The translations under genes and the position numbers were made by a program. Shown here one piece after another: positions 50,463 to 64,000 of a stretch of DNA of 64,000 bases. The stretch is from Paraspadella gotoi (taxonomy: Eukaryota; Animalia; Chaetognatha). The notes beneath the pieces were generated by a model, which made no database searches, was not told the origin of the DNA, and saw only the letters and a list, made by a program, of their open reading frames with translations. Position 1 is the first letter of the stretch. The number at the start of each line of letters is the position of its first letter. Location of the stretch: contig CM119270.1 in NCBI GenBank assembly GCA_051294375.1, positions 6,689,279 to 6,753,278 on the forward strand. The letters are read 5' to 3'.

Positions 50463-53400
50463 ATTTTTCCTCCGCCTTTCCTCTTCTTTTTTTCGATTCC
50501 ATTTGGTCTTTGCTCGTTACCTCCATTTCATTTGCTTTCCCTTTCCTTGTCGGTTTATTGAATCTTCGTTTCTTTTTAAGTTTAGCCTTGTCTTAGTCCT
50601 GTCTTCGCTTTTCTTTACTCTCTTTAATCTCAATGTTCCAAAACCATGTCCTTCTTTGTCCTAAAATCTCGGCCCTCAGTTCCTTGATTGGGCTCGCCAA
50701 AACTTTTCCCCGTTTTGTCATAAGTCACTCGTCTAAGTCAGGGGCGCTGAGAATCGCTCCCTTATCAAAACAAAAACGAACAAATCGCTTAGTTCACCGT
50801 TCCAAACCACGAAGAGGGGGAAAATTCGATTGAAAAAAAGTGGGAATGGCCGAAAGGGAAAAAGCAAAGTTTGCCGTCCGAACTGGGAACCTAAAAACAT
50901 TTTTCTCAATGTTAAAAAATAATTATTAAAGAGGGCTAAAAAGACGAAGTTTAAAAATGGTTAAAAACATGCTCACCAATATAACAAATATGTAAATATG
51001 ATTATTACTATATTACGTTTTCGTTCAAAAAACAAAAGGCCAAAGAGGATTCCAAAAACTAAAACGGAAAAACCATATCAAAATAGAAAGATGGACTTTA
51101 TAAAAAATTATACCTAAAATTATATTTTAGAGGATTCCTTGTCTAATAATTCAATGAACCATAAAACTAGATATTCTAACCGTTTTCAAATAAAATCATT
51201 TTCACTAAATAATAGATCCAAAACGACATTACTAATTAATAAAATAAAATCCTAAAATACAATACAATGATCGTATTAAAAAACCCGCATCAACTCTCCT
51301 CCTGTTTCCAACTAGACACGAACTATTGTGGATGAAAGAGACATATAATAATGGATTTGCAACACTGAGACGCTTGTGCCACATGGAAAAATTCACAGGG
51401 CCGTATCTAACACACATAACCGCGTATGGTTTCCCAAGAAACCTCTATCAACCGTCCCCACCATTGCAAGACCACCAGGACCGCCAGAAGACCCCTAGAC
51501 GACGCAGCCCAAGAGAACGGCAGTCACGGTCGTTTAGGCTAATATGGCCTTCACTTCCGGCTAATTATGACGTAAATTAGCGCAACCTGCTATAAAAAGT
51601 AAAAACAGACTATCCGATCTCTTACAACAATATGCGATTTTGCAACCTCTCGCTATTTACTGATAAGTGATTTGGCCATTTTGATGTAGTATGAATTTTT
51701 AGCAGGGGATGTAGGAGAGTTGGGTTTGGAGGAGAAGAGAGAGAGAGAAAGACGAGAGAAGAGAATAAAGATATCTAAGTGGGTTACTTAAGAGGTTATA
51801 AACAGCCCTCAACTCATCCTCTCTCTCTCTCTCTCTCTCTCTCTACTCCTCTCTCTCTCTCTGATCTCCCTCAGGCTCTCTCTCTCTCACTCATCAGCGA
51901 ATGTGAGGATTATTTCAAATGCACTCGGACGAAAAACACGACTTGAGTAGATGTAGTTCATTTTTGATGAAAAAGGGCCGAGAAACATCCGTGGTTTTTT
52001 TTCAGAATGATTGGGGGGAAAGAACGACTGGTTAGAGGAGAGAGATGGGAGATAGAGAGTGTAGGTATGAGTTGAGAAGTAGTTTGGAGGAGTGGGGGGT
52101 TGAGATGAGGGATGGGGAGATAGGGGAGGAACTTGTAAGAAGAAGTGGAGTCGCTATGAAAAGGATAGGATTTAATAAATGTGGTACAAAAAAATTGAGG
52201 GTAAAGCAATTGGAACAACAGATATTTGGCGCTTGAAAATTGAAAAAAGAGAAAGAAAGAAGAAGAGAAATGTTGATGTGATTTGTAGTCAATGATTGAT
52301 GTATTCTCTCGCTCCACTCTCTCTCTCTCATCTCTACTCTCTCTCATAACTCTCTCTCTCTCTCGTGCTCTCTTCTCTCGTCATCCTCTCTCTTCTGTCT
52401 CTTCCTCTCTCTCTCTCTCTCTCTATTATCTCTTCCTCCATCTCTCCGTACTCTCTTCTGACTCTCTTCCTCTCTTTCTCTGGCTACAATTATTATTGAT
52501 ATGCAATTTTCATCTCTTTTTAGTTAATCACGAATTACAGTGCAGATTTCCTTAATAATCGATAATATTTTCTTTATCATTGACTAGTCTTACGGTATAC
52601 CGGCTTGAGGCTCCTGCAACGTTAATACGAGATGTGTCCTCCTTAGTGAACTAATTTTCGACCTATAAAACGCGCGGAAACCCCTCATCTTCTCCTTTTT
52701 CTGTCTTTCTTCCTCTCTCTCCTTCTGCCCTTTCCTTTCCTTTTCACTTTGTAATTTTTTCTTTCTTTCCCGTTTCCTTTATTCTTTTCTGGAACTCGCT
52801 CAGGATCCTTGTCTCAACCTTTCACCGTTATTTTGCTTTATAGATATCTATATCTTAATGGTTTTTCGTGGTGTTATATTATCGACCTAATGAATATAAC
52901 ACATTATAACCTTTTTCTACTTTGTTTTTTTTAAATTTAGAATTTTTCATATCTGAAACTTTAATCTTTAGAGCAAAGCTCCACAAAGGTATTGAACTCT
53001 TTTAAAATCTTGGCTTCAAAAGAATATAAGGTATAAAACTTAGTTACGAATTTTGCAAAATGATATGAGAAAAGAAATAATTTTATTTTATTTTAACAAT
53101 GGATTCATCATAAGTGAATATATAACTTTCTTCCTCCTCTCTCTTCTTCACTTTCCCCTCTTCTTCTCTTCTCTCTCCTCACATTACATCTCACTATACT
53201 CTCTACCCTCTCGCTCTCATCGTATCGTATAACTCTCTAATACATACACTCAGTCATAAGTCTCACTCGTGACATATCATCTGGCTACCCTCATCATCAA
53301 GTCTCTCCCGTCTTCTCTTTTTTTTTTCACCGCCACCTGCGGACAGTACTTTTTGGCCAGACGCCCGCAGGTGCTGAATGGACGTCTTAGGAAATTTCAT

Positions 53401-54672
53401 TGTCTTATCTTCTCATTAGTTATTTCTCTCTCTTAATTCATAGTCACTCATCGACGTCTTGTCATCTTCTCCACCGGATCGTCGTTCCATATCCAATCGA
53501 GATTACGTCATCGCCGTCACTCGGTCATTTGTCTTGATCGACGACGACTAATCGGAAGGTCAAACGTCCTCGTCGTCGTCTCTTGTCGTCGTCATCGTTT
53601 TCGGACATTGTCGTTGTCCGTCGTCGGCGGTGAGGTTCGCAATGTGTGCAGGTGAAACGAGTGCGCCGTACAAACCAGTATTACTCCTTCGCGATTTGGG
53701 AGCCAGAATTCAATGTAACCAAAACGCGAGAGACAATCGAGAGGATCGGAATCAAGCTGGACGAGGAACTGAATAGAGACCTAAAAAGGAAATTGAAACC
53801 GGATTCTTAAAAAGGAATGGAATAAATGGAACCATTAATTGAAATCTAGAAATTGGCTACAACGAATATCAAAAAATATCCATTCATTTATTAAATAAGC
53901 ATTTCTTGCCCCATTGATTTTGGACAGGCTTTGGTGGTTTGAGGCCTCCATCAACTTCTTACAAAGATAATGACATAGAAGGTCCCCTGCAAGCATGCTG
54001 GAATAATCTCTTTAAGCGGAGGAGAAAGCAATCTTTTCTTTTAAATTTTCATCTCGTAAATATAACCGCGAAAAAGTCGGAAAAACTTGAGGTGGCCCTT
54101 AAGAAAAATAAAATAAGACTTGCTTTCTGGAGAAGAGCAAAAGGGTCTCTTTTTCTGGGGGACCCCTCTTACATCCGGTATTTTTTTTTCCTCCGTTGAA
54201 TCGTAGAATTTTCCAGTCTTGTTTGAATTTTTATCAGTTTCTTCAAAACTTTTTTTTGTTCTTTTCCTCTCGCATATTTATCAGTTTTTTTTCCGAGTTG
54301 AATTCACGTTGCTTCAACTTTTGTGATAAAAAAATTCCTATTCTCATTAACTATTATTTTTGATTAAAGAAAGAGATTGTCAAATGGGTGGATTTTTACT
54401 TAAATTTCGAATTTGTGACGAAATCTCTTGCGGTGTCATTGTTAAGGGAAGGGGCGTAAAACGCCTTTGTATGTCCGGATATTATTTATCCCCAGAAACG
54501 TTATCGATAAATATGCTTAGGTCTGGTAATTTTATCTATAAATTTGGAAATAGGTTAATTTTTAAATTAAAGATTAGGTGTGGAGGGGGTTAAGGATTAG
54601 ATTAGGAGTTAGTTTAATGATTAAAGTTAAGGAGATTAGGTTGAGAAGACTAGGGTTTTAAGTTCGGGAGTT
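50463..54672 (+). repeat. Noisy copy of 54698-57664 (duplication across a 25-N gap)
   Basis: Colinear anchors (GGGGCGCTGAGAATCGC, CACCGCCACCTGCG, GGGGACCCTCTTA) with many insertions in this copy. Confidence 0.9.
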
Positions 54673-55615
54673 NNNNNNNNNNNNNNNNNNNNNNNNNTTT
54701 TTCCTCGCCTTTCCTCTTCTTTTTGATTCCATTTGTCTTTTGCTCGTTACCTCATTTCATTGCTTCTCCTTTCCTTGTCGGTTATTGACTTCGTTTCTTT
54801 TTTTTTAAAGTTTAGCCTTGTCTTGTCCTGTCCTCGCCTTACCCTCTCAATGTCCAAACCATGTCCTTCTTTTGTCCTAAAATCTCGGCCCTCAAGTCCT
54901 TGATTGGCTCGCAACTTCCCCCGTTTGTCAATTTGCTCACTCGTCGCCAGGGGCGCTGAGAATCGCGTCCTTGATCAAACAAACGAACAAATCGCTTAGT
55001 TTCAACCGTCAAACACGAAGAGGGAAAATTCGATTGAAAAAAAAAAGTGGAATGGCCGAAGGAAAAAAAGCAAAGTTGCCGTCGTAACTGGGACCTAACG
55101 TTTCTCAATGTTAAAAAATAATTATTAAAGAGGGCTAAAAAGACGATAAAAATGGTTAAACATGCTCACAATATAAAAATTATGTAAATATGATTATACT
55201 ATATTACGTTTTCGTTCAAAAAAATAAAGGCCAAAGAGGATCCAAAAACTAAACGAAAAACCATATCAAAATAGAAAGATGACTTTATAATAAATTATGA
55301 CCAAAAATATTAGGAATGATGAACCATAAAAACTTAAATTAAGTTACAAACTATAATAACTATTTAAAACGCATTATTTGTTTCCCGGAAACTATGTAAA
55401 AAGTTTATGTGCCAAGCTTCCCCTTCCACCTCTACCACATCCCTTGTTCCACCTCTATCACCATCCCCACCATTGCCACCACCGCCCCACCCCTGACGCC
55501 ACCAACGCAGTCGTCGTTGCCGCCTTCACTTCCGGAATCGTAAATTCCAACCGCGAGTAACAAATCGCGATTTCGTAACAAATGGTGCTCGCAGTTACGA
55601 GGTTGGCCGTTGTGA

Positions 55616-55698
<83 letters not shown>

Positions 55699-55774
55699 AG
55701 AGAGAACATAGGAAGAGACAGTGAAGAAAAAATAGTTGATTGTGATTTGTAAGTCATGTTATGTATCTCTCTCA

Positions 55775-55836
<62 letters not shown>

Positions 55837-56332
55837 CTTCTCTTCCTCTCTCTCTCTCCTCTTCTCTTCTCTTCTCTCTCTCTCTCTCTTTCTCTCCTGA
55901 TATCTCAATCTCTTTATCACGAAAAGGAACTTTTTTTCGAGTGGCCTTAATGGTTTTGGTTTCCGCCCATCTCTCCTTTTTCTTTCTTTCTCCTTTCCTC
56001 CTTTCTGCCTTTCCTCCTTTCCAACTTTGTAAATTTTCTTCTTTCCCGTTTTCCTTTTTTTCATTCGTCCTGTCTCCTTTCCCGTTTTTCTTCTTTATAT
56101 TCTTTCTTAATTTTTTTTTCTTTTTTTTTTCGACTCTGATACCATTATACCTTTTCTATTTTTGGTTTTTTTAATTTAGAATTTCATATCTGAACTTTAT
56201 CTTTTAAGCAAATTAAAGTTGGCTCTTTAATCTTGGTTCAGTAGGTATAAAATATACGTTTTGCAAAATTTAAAAATTTTATTTTTTTAACAATGTAATT
56301 ATAAATTTTAAATTTTCTCTCTTTTTTCACTC

Positions 56333-56382
<50 letters not shown>

Positions 56383-56427
56383 CCTCTCTCTCTCTCCCTC
56401 TCTCTCTTTTTTTTTTTTCACCGCCAC

Positions 56428-56807
56428 CTGCGACAGTACGTTTTGCCAGACGCCCGCAGGTGCTGAATGGACGTCTAGGAAATTGTCATTGTCATCTTCT
56501 CCATAGTCGTCGTCATCATAGTCATCATCGACGTCATTGTCATCTTCTCCACCGTCGTCGTCATCATCGTCGTCATCGCCGTCATTGTCATTGTCTTGAT
56601 CGACGACGAATCAAGGTCAACGTCCTCGTCGTCGTCTTTGTCGTCGTCATCGTTTTCGACATTGTCGTTGTCGTCGTCGGCGGTGTCCAATGTGTTGCAG
56701 GTGAAAACGTCCCGACAACAATTACCCTCGCGACTTTGGAGCCAGAATCAATGTAACCGGAAACGCGAGAGACAAGTCGAGAGATCCGGAATCAGCTGGA
56801 CGAGGAA
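56428..56807 (-). CDS. Candidate highly acidic (poly-Asp) exon
   Basis: ctctattcag acceptor and CAG|GTGGCG donor. Reads ..TLDTADDDNDNVENDDDDKDDDEDVDLD..DDDYDDDDYGEDDNDNFLDVHSAPAGVWQNVLSQ, with frameshifts. Confidence 0.45.
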
Positions 56808-56885
56808 CTGAATAGAGACCTAAAAAGGAAATGAAACCGGATCTAAAAAGGAATGGAATTAAATGGAACCATGAATTGAAACTAT

Positions 56886-57023
56886 GAAATTGGTACAACG
56901 AATATAAAAATTATCCATTCATTTATTAAATAAGCTATCTTGCCCATGATTTTGGACAGGCTTTGGTGGTTTGAGGCCTCCATCACTCTTACAAGATAAT
57001 GACATAGAAGGTCCCTGCAAGCT
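56886..57023 (-). mobile_element. LINE-like 3' remnant (duplicate at 53850-53995)
   Basis: Same family core and terminus as 32849-32964. Confidence 0.6.
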
Positions 57024-57569
57024 ATGCTGGAATAATCTCTTTTTAAGCGGAGGAAGAAGCATCTTTTTTCTTTTAAATTTTCATCTCGTAATATAACCGC
57101 GAAAAAGTCGAAAAACTTGAGGTGGCCCTTAAGAAAAATAAATAAGGACTTGCGTTTCTGGAGAAGAGCAAAGGGTCTCTTTTCTGGGGGACCCTCTTAT
57201 CATCCGGTATTTTTTTTTTCCTCCCGTTGAATCGAGAATTTTCCAGTCTTGTTTGAATTTTTATCAGTTTCTTCAAAACTTTTTTTTGTCTTTTCCTCTT
57301 CGCATATTTATCAGTTTTTTTTCCGAGTTGAATTCACGTTGGCTTCACTTTTGTGAAAAAAATTCCATTCTCAATTAACTATTATTTTTTTAAAAGATTG
57401 TCAAATTGGTGGTTTTTACTAAATTTCGAATTTGTCGGAAATCTCTTGCTTTCATTGTTAAGGGAAGGGCTAAAACGCCTTTATTCCGGATTTATTTCCC
57501 AGAACTTATCTTAAATTATCTTATCTTATTTTATCTTAAATTTGGAAATAGGTTAATTTTTTAAATTAA

Positions 57570-57740
57570 AGATTAGGTTGGAGGGTTAAGGATTAGATTA
57601 GGGATTAGTTTAATGATTAAGATTAAGGATTAGGGTTAAAGACTAGGGTTTAAGGTTCGGAGTTAAGGTTAAAAATTAAAGATAAACGATTAGGGTTCGG
57701 GTTTAAGATCAGGTTAAAGTTCGGAATTAAGGCTTGGGAA
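57570..57740 (+). repeat. Degenerate hexamer (TTAGGG/TTAAGG-like) tract
   Basis: GGTTAAGGATTAGATTAGGGATTAG..TAGGGTTAAA..TAGGGTTCGGGTTTAAG; duplicate at 54575-54672. Confidence 0.7.
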
Positions 57741-59933
57741 AAACGTGAGAGGTTGGGTTATAAATTCATACGTTTAAAACGTAATAATTATTATTACTAT
57801 TATTATTATTATTTTTATTTTTATTTTTATTTTTATCATTATGTTTAAAATTAAAACAAAACCCAAAAACGAGCTCCATTTTAAATTTGGAAGATAAAAC
57901 TTGTTTCCTCATGAAAAACGCTTCATAACATTTGGCCACAGGGAGAGATATTTTTATGGTGCTCGACTACAGAAATAAATCTCGCGGCGGGGAAGCCCAT
58001 AGACTCCAACTTCTGGTCAATCGTCATGGGGCGGAGGGGAAATATGACGCCGTTCAACCGCTTTCATCCCATTCATATTCATTCTCTTTCTGCTCTCTCT
58101 CTGTCTCTCTCTCTCTCGTCTTCTCTCTCCGGACAGGAGCGCGCGATACGAAGACTGTCGAATAAGACTGGTCGATCGTACCCAAGTACCACCGATCACA
58201 CCACCTACTATATCCGGCTTTCGCGGCGATCTAGTTGCAGCACGGTCGTCTCTGATATAGAACTTATCTTTCTCTCTCTCTCTCTTCTCATCCATCTCTC
58301 TCTCTCTCTCTATTCCTCGCTCGCCTCTCGGCCCAGAAAACGTCTTAACTTCATCTTAATCAATTTCTCCTTTCGTTTTCTCGTTTCTACTTTTCCTTAC
58401 CCTCCCTTCTTTCTTCTGCCTATTTCCACTCTCCCCTTTTCTTTCCCCCTTCCCCCCCTTCAGTTCCTCCCGAGACGAATCAATGGATTTTTATGCGCCT
58501 TCCCAACTGTTTTCTTCATCTTTTCTTTCTTCCCAACTGTTTTCTTCATCTTTTCTTTCTTTTATTTGTCTTCCTCTTTTCTTTCTTTTATTTTTCCTCC
58601 TCTTTTCTTTCTTTTATTTTTCTTCCTCTTTTCTTTCTTTCTCTTTTCTGTCTTTTATTTTTCTTCTTCTTTTTTGTTTACTTTTATTTTTTATTTTTTC
58701 GGCGTTTTTTGGGTTTGTACTTAAAAACTTGTCCTTTTCGTCATTGCAACATTTCATTTTATTTATTATGCCTATTTTTTTGGGGAGGGTTAGGCTTTTC
58801 CGTTTATGTATAGTTTATCTGATTTTTTTTTTCGTGGCCCTATATTTTATTTCCTATATCTACCCTATTGCTCCACTTTCTCTCTCTCTTCTTATCCACT
58901 TTTTTAGCTCCACCTTCCCTTTTTTTTACTTTCTAATTATTTTTCTCTGTTTGTGCTTTCCGTCAGCTTCTTCCCGCCTTCGTTCAAAGTGACGCATTAC
59001 GAAAACAAACTGACTTCAACGAAAAAACAAACTTTTTCCAGAAAAAAAAACAAACCGGAAAAAAAGAGAGAAACTTTTACATAAAAAAAAATTATTGCAA
59101 AAGTTGTTACGGTAATAATAACCTGTTGTACAGCGATGAAGCAATAAAAATCGCAACAGTAATAAATAGAAAAAGAAAAGGAAACAACAACAAATTTCGG
59201 CCCCAATAAAGCAACGACAAAAAGCAAAATATAGCAAAAAACCGGTGCGAAAAATAGAAAGTTTTAAGTCAATTACATAGCGGAATAATCGGGCGATTGA
59301 TGACAGTTGATCGGTGGAGAGAAATATTAGAATGAATTAAGAAGAGAAAGAAAAGCGTGAATAAATCGAGTTGTTGAATTTTTCTTAATATTTCTGATTC
59401 ACTCTTATTTCATCTCTTTCCTTCTATATATCTTCTTTTTTAATTTTATTTATTTACTTTTTCCTTTATTTCTCCTATTTTTTCTTTCATTTTTTCTTTT
59501 CTAACCTTTTTTTGATTCTTTATTATATTATTTTTCCATTTCTTTCTCCTCTCTTTTCTTTCATTCTTTTCTTTTATTCCCTTTTTTTTGTTTCTTTATT
59601 CTATTACTTTTCCCTTGCTTTCTCCTCTCTTTTCTTTCATTCTTTTCTTTCCTTTTTTTTATTCTTTATTATACTATTATTTTTCAATTTCATTTCCTCT
59701 CTTTTCTTTCATTCTTTTCTTTTATTTTCTTTTTTTGTTTCTTTATTCTATTACTTTTCCTTTTCTTTTTCCTCTCTTTTCTTTCATTCTTATTTCTTCT
59801 CACGCATTCACCCATTTTTTGTGTTATTTCAAATCAGCCTCTTTCAAAACAGATATCTGTCTCTGTCTCTCTCTCTCTCTCCCTTCTCCCGACGGTGATG
59901 CTCTTTACGAGCGTCGATAAATCTCTTTCTTCC

Positions 59934-60087
<154 letters not shown>

Positions 60088-60546
60088 TCCACTCTCACAA
60101 ATTGATGCTTTTAAAATTTCCATTCCATCGAATTTCGCGTTTCTCGTCTTTCTTCCTCTACAATATTCGCTACTTCACATCCAAATCAATTCAGTACAAT
60201 CTCTATCAAAAAATCCAGAACTCGGATGAGTCTTCAGTCTAGCAACATATTTTATAACACAGCAGACACTCATTTCGAAGAAGCAAATAACCTATTTTTA
60301 ATGCCTTTAGTCCTTCAAAAAATCATCGGTCCCCAGAATTTGATCCAAAACTTTTCAGCGTCACCAATGATTAAAGATTCTTAGAGTTAATCTGCAAGGA
60401 AAATCTCATTCAGTTTACACCAAACGCTTCCCACGTAAAACCAATCATCTCGGATCGAGAGTTTCAGTTTAGATTCCATTTATCTCTATACCCACCGAAG
60501 TTTTTAAAACATCAACTAGGCGAAGTGTGAAAAAGTTAAAAAGTAA

Positions 60547-60578
<32 letters not shown>

Positions 60579-60757
60579 NNNNNNNNNNNNNNNNNNNNNN
60601 NNNCTCTTTTCACTCTCTCTCTCTCCTCTCTCTCCTCTCTGCAGCCGTTTAAAACGATTGTTGTCGTCTTCTTCGTCGTCGCTATCGCTTTCTGGATGCC
60701 AACTCTTTTCGCCGCCACGCCTCCCAGCCTGTCATTTCCGGGTCCCTCTCTCTCTCT

Positions 60758-60851
<94 letters not shown>

Positions 60852-62433
60852 CGCCCAGTCATTCCGTTTTGGCCTCGTTTTTTCTTCCCTTCTTCAAATC
60901 CCTCAGGGTGGGCAGTGGACACGGGCGAATAATGCATCCGATTTCATCGTAGTTTCGTAAAGTTGTCAACAAGCTCGTAAATCTTTACTACTCTATTTAT
61001 CCATTCATTCATTTCATTCATTCATTCATTCATTCATTCATTCATTCACTTATTTTATTCATTCATTTATTCATTCCATTCATTTATTAATCAATTTGGT
61101 CATTAATTCATTCATTCTTTCTTTCATTCATGCGAATTGATTCAGTCAATTCATTTATTAATTTATCTTCTTTTGTGTGATTTCCTTCATTTCGTCCCTT
61201 TAACCCTTCCTTCCTTTCTTATTTCTTTCTTACCTCTTTCCTTCCTCTTCCTCCGATTCCTTCTTTCCTTCTTACCTTCCTTCCTTCCATCCTTCCTTCC
61301 ATTCTCCACACCCTTCTCCCTTCATCGCTCGTAAAATAAACAGAGAAAGAATAAATGCTGAGGAAAAAATGTTTATTGGTTTTCGAGAAAAGAGCCGAGT
61401 CAGTTTTCTCTCTCACCGAGAATTTCGGTCTCGGTTTACCTTTTTCTTTAAAGGTTGCCAGGCGTTCGCGAAGGTTGCACCCCTTTTTTTTCGGTGCCTG
61501 GCCTCATCCTTGTGTATTTTAACGAACGCTTTTTCTTTTTTCTCCTTGGATTTTAACGATTTTTTTTCTCCGATCAGATGGAAATTCCGAGGCCAGATTC
61601 CGCCTGACTGTTCGGCATCGGATCTTTTTAATCTTGCGTATTCTGGATCCGTTGCCTTTCTTACCAATCACATGGATAACAAACCCGGATGAATTGGTAC
61701 CAATGTAACATATTATACATCGCACTTCATGTATTTACCATAATTCGAACGAGGCCATGACGGAAAGATAAATTAGAAATTTATCAACTTTGCCCAACAA
61801 TACTGCATCCAAACTAAATTGTAAATACCATTAGCTAAAACGTTTGTAGAACTCTAAAAACCAGCGTCGCCATTTACTCTTTCTTTCGACGCCATCTTGA
61901 TTTTTCCTTCTGTTTTCTTTTCTCCCTTTTTTCTTTCCTTTTTCTAGCCTGCCTTTTTCCTCTTTTCTCTCTTCTCTCGTCTGGTGACAAAGTTGAACCC
62001 CAGCGAAAGGGGACGAAGGAAGAGAAGGGCGGGAGACTTGGGGTGGTGGAGATGGTGGTTTGAGGGGTTTAAGGAGATGAAAGAAGTGGAAAGAAAACAG
62101 TTGGTCGGTGGGGTGAAAGCAGAGTAGGGTTGTAGCGGTAGTAATGACGTTGACTGCACGTCGCATCGTCTTTCAAAGAGTGACAAATATTTTCTTTCTG
62201 GATAGAGTGCATGGAAACAAGAGTGACGTTAGTACTCGGCATTTCAGTCGGGATATAGCTAAAAATTGTTACCCGCTGCGCAGGAGGGAGCATGCTGATT
62301 TAAGCGGTGGGTTGCGGTGAAGTGTGGAGCGGGCGTGACGCCGGAAACGTCAGTGGGTGTATGCAAGGTTAATCTTCTGCTTTCAGGGTCACGACATTCT
62401 TGTCAAGAATTAACCTCGTGGCATAGCAACCTG

Positions 62434-62498
<65 letters not shown>

Positions 62499-62559
62499 TA
62501 TATTTGCTCTCTCTTTCTCTCTCTCTCTCTCACCTCTCTCCCTCTCTCTCACTCTGTCC

Positions 62560-62613
<54 letters not shown>

Positions 62614-62695
62614 TCGCCTTCTTCTCCCAACCTCGATAAATTTCTCGATTTTCTCCTAAGCGTTCAGGACAAGACGACGACACTTTAGTTCTTCC

Positions 62696-62727
<32 letters not shown>

Positions 62728-63069
62728 TGACGACGACGACGACGGGACGACTGAATGACGACTGCGACCGGGGTGAGGTCATCATCACAATAAGTGAAAC
62801 TCACCTTCAGAATGCTTCCTTTCGCAAAAACAAACCCAAAAAGTGAATCGGACAAATTCTAGTTTATTATGAGAATTTTATTTTTCACATCAAATAATGA
62901 CAATGTAGCATACATCAGAAACAAAACTAAAGTAATAAATCAGAATTAAGACGTTAACGTGATCAAAATATAATGTCGACACCAAAACAACATTAATGGA
63001 ATAAACGACTTCACGAACAAAGGTATTCGTCTGTACAAGTTTCATTTTTACCTTGACTGACTTGACTTG

Positions 63070-63135
63070 ACAGGCTGTCGTCGCATGTTGCCTAACTCGA
63101 TTGGATCTATCGAGCTCGAGTCCACAAATCTCACA
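63070..63135 (-). other. Isolated C2HC-type zinc-finger-like peptide (CEICGLELDRSNRVRQHATTAC)
   Basis: C-X2-C-X12-H-X4-C spacing in ORF 62890-63147; in-frame stop just upstream. Confidence 0.3.
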
Positions 63136-64000
63136 CTTTACTCTCACACTCTTAAAGACTCTAGTTGTCTCATGTTTCGTACTCAGTTAACATCGTGCTG
63201 AGCTCCTCGCACGTTTTCCTATGGCATACTGATATAGTGAGGGCTAAATTCTTTTCCACATATACATCTTTTTTGCTATGATTCATCCGAGTTTACCGTC
63301 TCTCTTTAACATCGTCATCAGTCGTCGCGTTTTCGTCATTGGCGGGGGCGGCACCGTCTAAGCGGCGGCTGAGGAGACAGCGGCAGCTGCCAGGGAAACT
63401 GCAGCAGATGCGACGGAGGCGGAGAAGCGCAGGTTGAGGCGGGCGCTGTTTGGTCTCTCATACCGAAATAGTCGTGGACCGATGTACGTCTGTCGCCATC
63501 GAAGTAAAACATTTCAACAGTTACGAGCGACGACGACGACAGACGACGACGAGAAAGACGACGAAGACAAAGTTGAAATAAAATTAAAAACAATTTTAAA
63601 GAAATTTGTTTATACTCTTTTGTTACTTTAATGCTTTTCTTTCCATCTTATTCAGGTCTAAACACAATCTGCAAAATGAACGATTTACATTTTAAGCGGA
63701 TACATTTTAATGTCAGTGAAATCTCAGCCACAAGAATGTCCGTTTCCACCGCAGCGGTTGAAAACATAAAAAAAAAAAACTTTACGAATTAAAAATTGGG
63801 TGAATCATTCTCGGACGCCGAACCATGATGGACTGGGAAGAGGTCAACCCTTTGTCAGTCGCAGAAGTTATTTAGGCGGAAGCGAAAAGGTCGAATTTAC
63901 GCGCGAAATCGTCGATGTCGTCATCGACGTCATCTCTTCACTCCCTCTGTCATCATTTTCGTCACGATGTCATCAACTTCATCGCTTCGGCAACTTCGTC

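Larger units (their letters stand above)
54698..57664 (+). repeat. Cleaner copy of the 50463-54672 block
   Basis: Starts immediately after the gap and restarts the sequence seen at 50463. Confidence 0.9.

Overview
Eukaryotic (invertebrate, probably arthropod/crustacean-type; inferred) draft-assembly DNA. It is AT-rich, saturated with (AG)n and other microsatellites, and has nine N gaps, four of them exactly 25 N. There are no prokaryotic features. Most entries in the ORF track are microsatellite read-throughs; the real coding content is spliced. Reading GT-AG junctions by eye gives: (i) a divergent five-exon TB2/DP1/HVA22 (REEP/Yop1) ER-shaping protein gene (22421-24151, minus); (ii) an orphan gene of about 1000 aa and at least 11 exons (26967-34410, minus), built mostly from symmetric phase-2 exons, whose putative 3'UTR starts with an 8 x 42-bp array; (iii) about four more compact orphan genes in a 9.7-kb block present twice plus a partial third copy. 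These copies, and a second 3-4 kb duplication, differ mainly by 1-bp indels and lie next to or near 25-N gaps, so they are probably long-read gap-filling artefacts. Mobile DNA includes a 3.3-kb non-autonomous DNA transposon with about 550-bp TIRs and a nested foldback element, a hairpin-bounded element carrying a tRNA-like head, a second tRNA-derived SINE-like repeat, LINE-like 3' remnants and a Penelope-type hammerhead-like motif. A 570-bp (CCGA)n-like tract separates two compositionally different domains. All gene models are manual and lack expression or database support.
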